From: Chiloscyllium plagiosum
Lineage: Eukaryota
Direction: 5' to 3'
Assembly: GCF_004010195.1 (NCBI RefSeq)
Contig: NC_057720.1
Span: 31,929,339-31,993,338 of the forward strand
Length of the DNA: 64,000 nt
The position numbers and the translations under genes were made by a program. Below, piece by piece: positions 62,379 to 64,000 of the stretch. The notes beneath the pieces were generated by a model. The model did no database searches. It was given only the letters and a program-made list of their open reading frames with translations, and was not told the origin of the DNA. The stretch's first letter is position 1; the number at the start of each line of letters is the position of its first letter.

Positions 62379-63089
62379 ACTGGCTTAATAATGACCTCTT
62401 TACTGCTTCTCACCCTTTTTAATTAAGCAGGCTATATTTGCTATCTTCTAGTCTGTTAAAATCTTGCAAATATTGGTAAGTTAACAACAATGCATCATGA
62501 GGCTCATTTAAGCCCCTCAGTTGAAATCCTTCAGGACCCAAGGACTTGGTAGCCCTGCATCTATCAGTTTGCTGAGTACCGCTTCTTTGGTGGTTGTAAT
62601 TTCACCAGCTTCCTTCCTCCTGTCCACTTCCAGATTTACAGCTATTACTGGGAAACTGTTTTGTCTCACTCTGGAATAGTGCTCATCTTAGTACAATGAC
62701 TTCAAGAGATTTATGATTTCCAATAGATCCTAAAGGTAGCCTCCTGGACAGCTCATCTGTTGGCATATAGGAACTTTAGGAGCTGACAACATTGTTCTGT
62801 TTATTTGGTGCTAATGGGGATACCAGAGCGGGAAATTTAGACAACATAGTAATGAAGACTGGGAAGTTAGATCAGTCTTTATAGCAGCACAATCATTAAT
62901 TGAAGGTGTTCTGTTTTGGCAAAGGAAATGCAGGAAACTTAAAATAAAAATAGAAAATGCTGCAAATGCTCAGTGGATCAGCCTGTGTAGAGAAACAGAT
63001 ATTGACGGGGATTTTCACACCTGGACCAGGATTACAGAATTAGGACATTTCCCAGCTCCAAAAACATGACCGGGAAAAAGAGATCTTCA

Positions 63090-63600
63090 ATTCTGGATTT
63101 TCATTCCATGGTCATGGTAAACTATCCCTGCTATCCTTCTTGACCTATCTGCAGCCTTTGATATGTTTAGTCTCACCCTTTTCATTGAACATCTATATTA
63201 TTATCAACATTGCTGTTAAATGTGGTGCAAATCTATTCTCTGGTTCCATTCTTATCTATCCTGTCATAGACAGAATTAACTCATAACAGCTTTTTCTAAT
63301 GCTTCCTTAACACAATCGCTGATGTCCCACAAGGATCTATCCTTGGCTTGTTCCTATTTCTCATCTATAAACTGTCCTTTAGCACTATCATTCAAAAATA
63401 CTGTGACAGTTCCAGCATGTACTCGGATGATGCCTCCTCTCTGTGCTGTCCTCCAGTTCTACAACTCTGTGAAAGATTGATGCTTCTCCAGTTCTAGCCT
63501 CTTGAGCATCTCTGATTTTAATCGCTCCGCAGTGAAGGCTATGCATTCAACTGTCAGAGCCCTAAGCTTGGAATTCTCTCCCCAACCCTTGTCATCTGTC
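63090..63600 (+). mobile_element. Decayed L2 LINE RT fragment
   Basis: LLDLSAAFD (cttcttgacctatctgcagcctttgat) and VPQGSILG. Confidence 0.75.
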
Positions 63601-63764
63601 TACCAATATATTCTGTAATTTGTTTTGCAGTATGTGAGCAGTTTATTTAATGAAACTGATTCTTCAAGTTTTAATACGTGACTCCACACATGCAGTAACC
63701 TAAAAGGACTGATTTGTGTGTAGCCTGTGCAAGGATCTTTGGGCTGATACATAGCCTACTGTTG

Positions 63765-64000
63765 ATTAGATTCGATTCCCTCCAATGTGGAAACAGGCCC
63801 TTCAGTCCAAACCGATCCTCTGAAGAGTGACCCACCCAGACCCATTTCCCTCTGACCAATGCAGTAAACACTATGGGCAATTTAGCATAGCCAATTCACC
63901 TGACCCATACATCTTTGGACTGTGGGAGGAAACTGGAGCACCTGGAGGAAACCCACATAGACACGGGGAGAATGTGCAAACTCCACACAGTCACCTGAGG
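63765..64000 (-). mobile_element. HE1-type V-SINE running off the window end
   Basis: Tail and V-domain in reverse orientation. Confidence 0.85.

Larger units (their letters stand above)
60210..62640 (-). mobile_element. Old decayed CR1 ORF2 interrupted by three SINEs
   Basis: Reverse-strand CR1-like segments (ggcacaagcccctgggaaactcc, ggtttccctttacaaaactatgctga, ccttcaggacccaagg). Confidence 0.6.

Overview
Repeat-dense vertebrate genomic DNA, almost certainly from a cartilaginous fish (shark): it contains about 11 HE1-type V-SINEs and many decayed CR1 LINEs. There are two short N gaps (6187-6194, 20428-20439). I cannot identify an intact host gene. Nearly all listed ORFs are decayed retroelement frames (CR1, L2, Rex1/Babar, Penelope-like) or artefacts of a 32-bp minisatellite. 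The most notable signal is RNA-structural. At least three families of short fold-back (asymmetric palindromic) elements, derived from Penelope-like element (PLE) ends, carry minimal hammerhead-ribozyme cores: CUGANGA-A-stem II-GAAA plus a self-complementary tetramer in place of stem III. Several cores are intact and one pair of copies shows a compensatory stem II change. Two families are physically linked in this window to GIY-YIG PLE coding remnants. Also present: two solo LTRs, a TIR element, two local duplications that abut the fold-back elements, and several exon-like blocks on the + strand that may be a decayed gene (low confidence). Repeat boundaries are read by eye and approximate.
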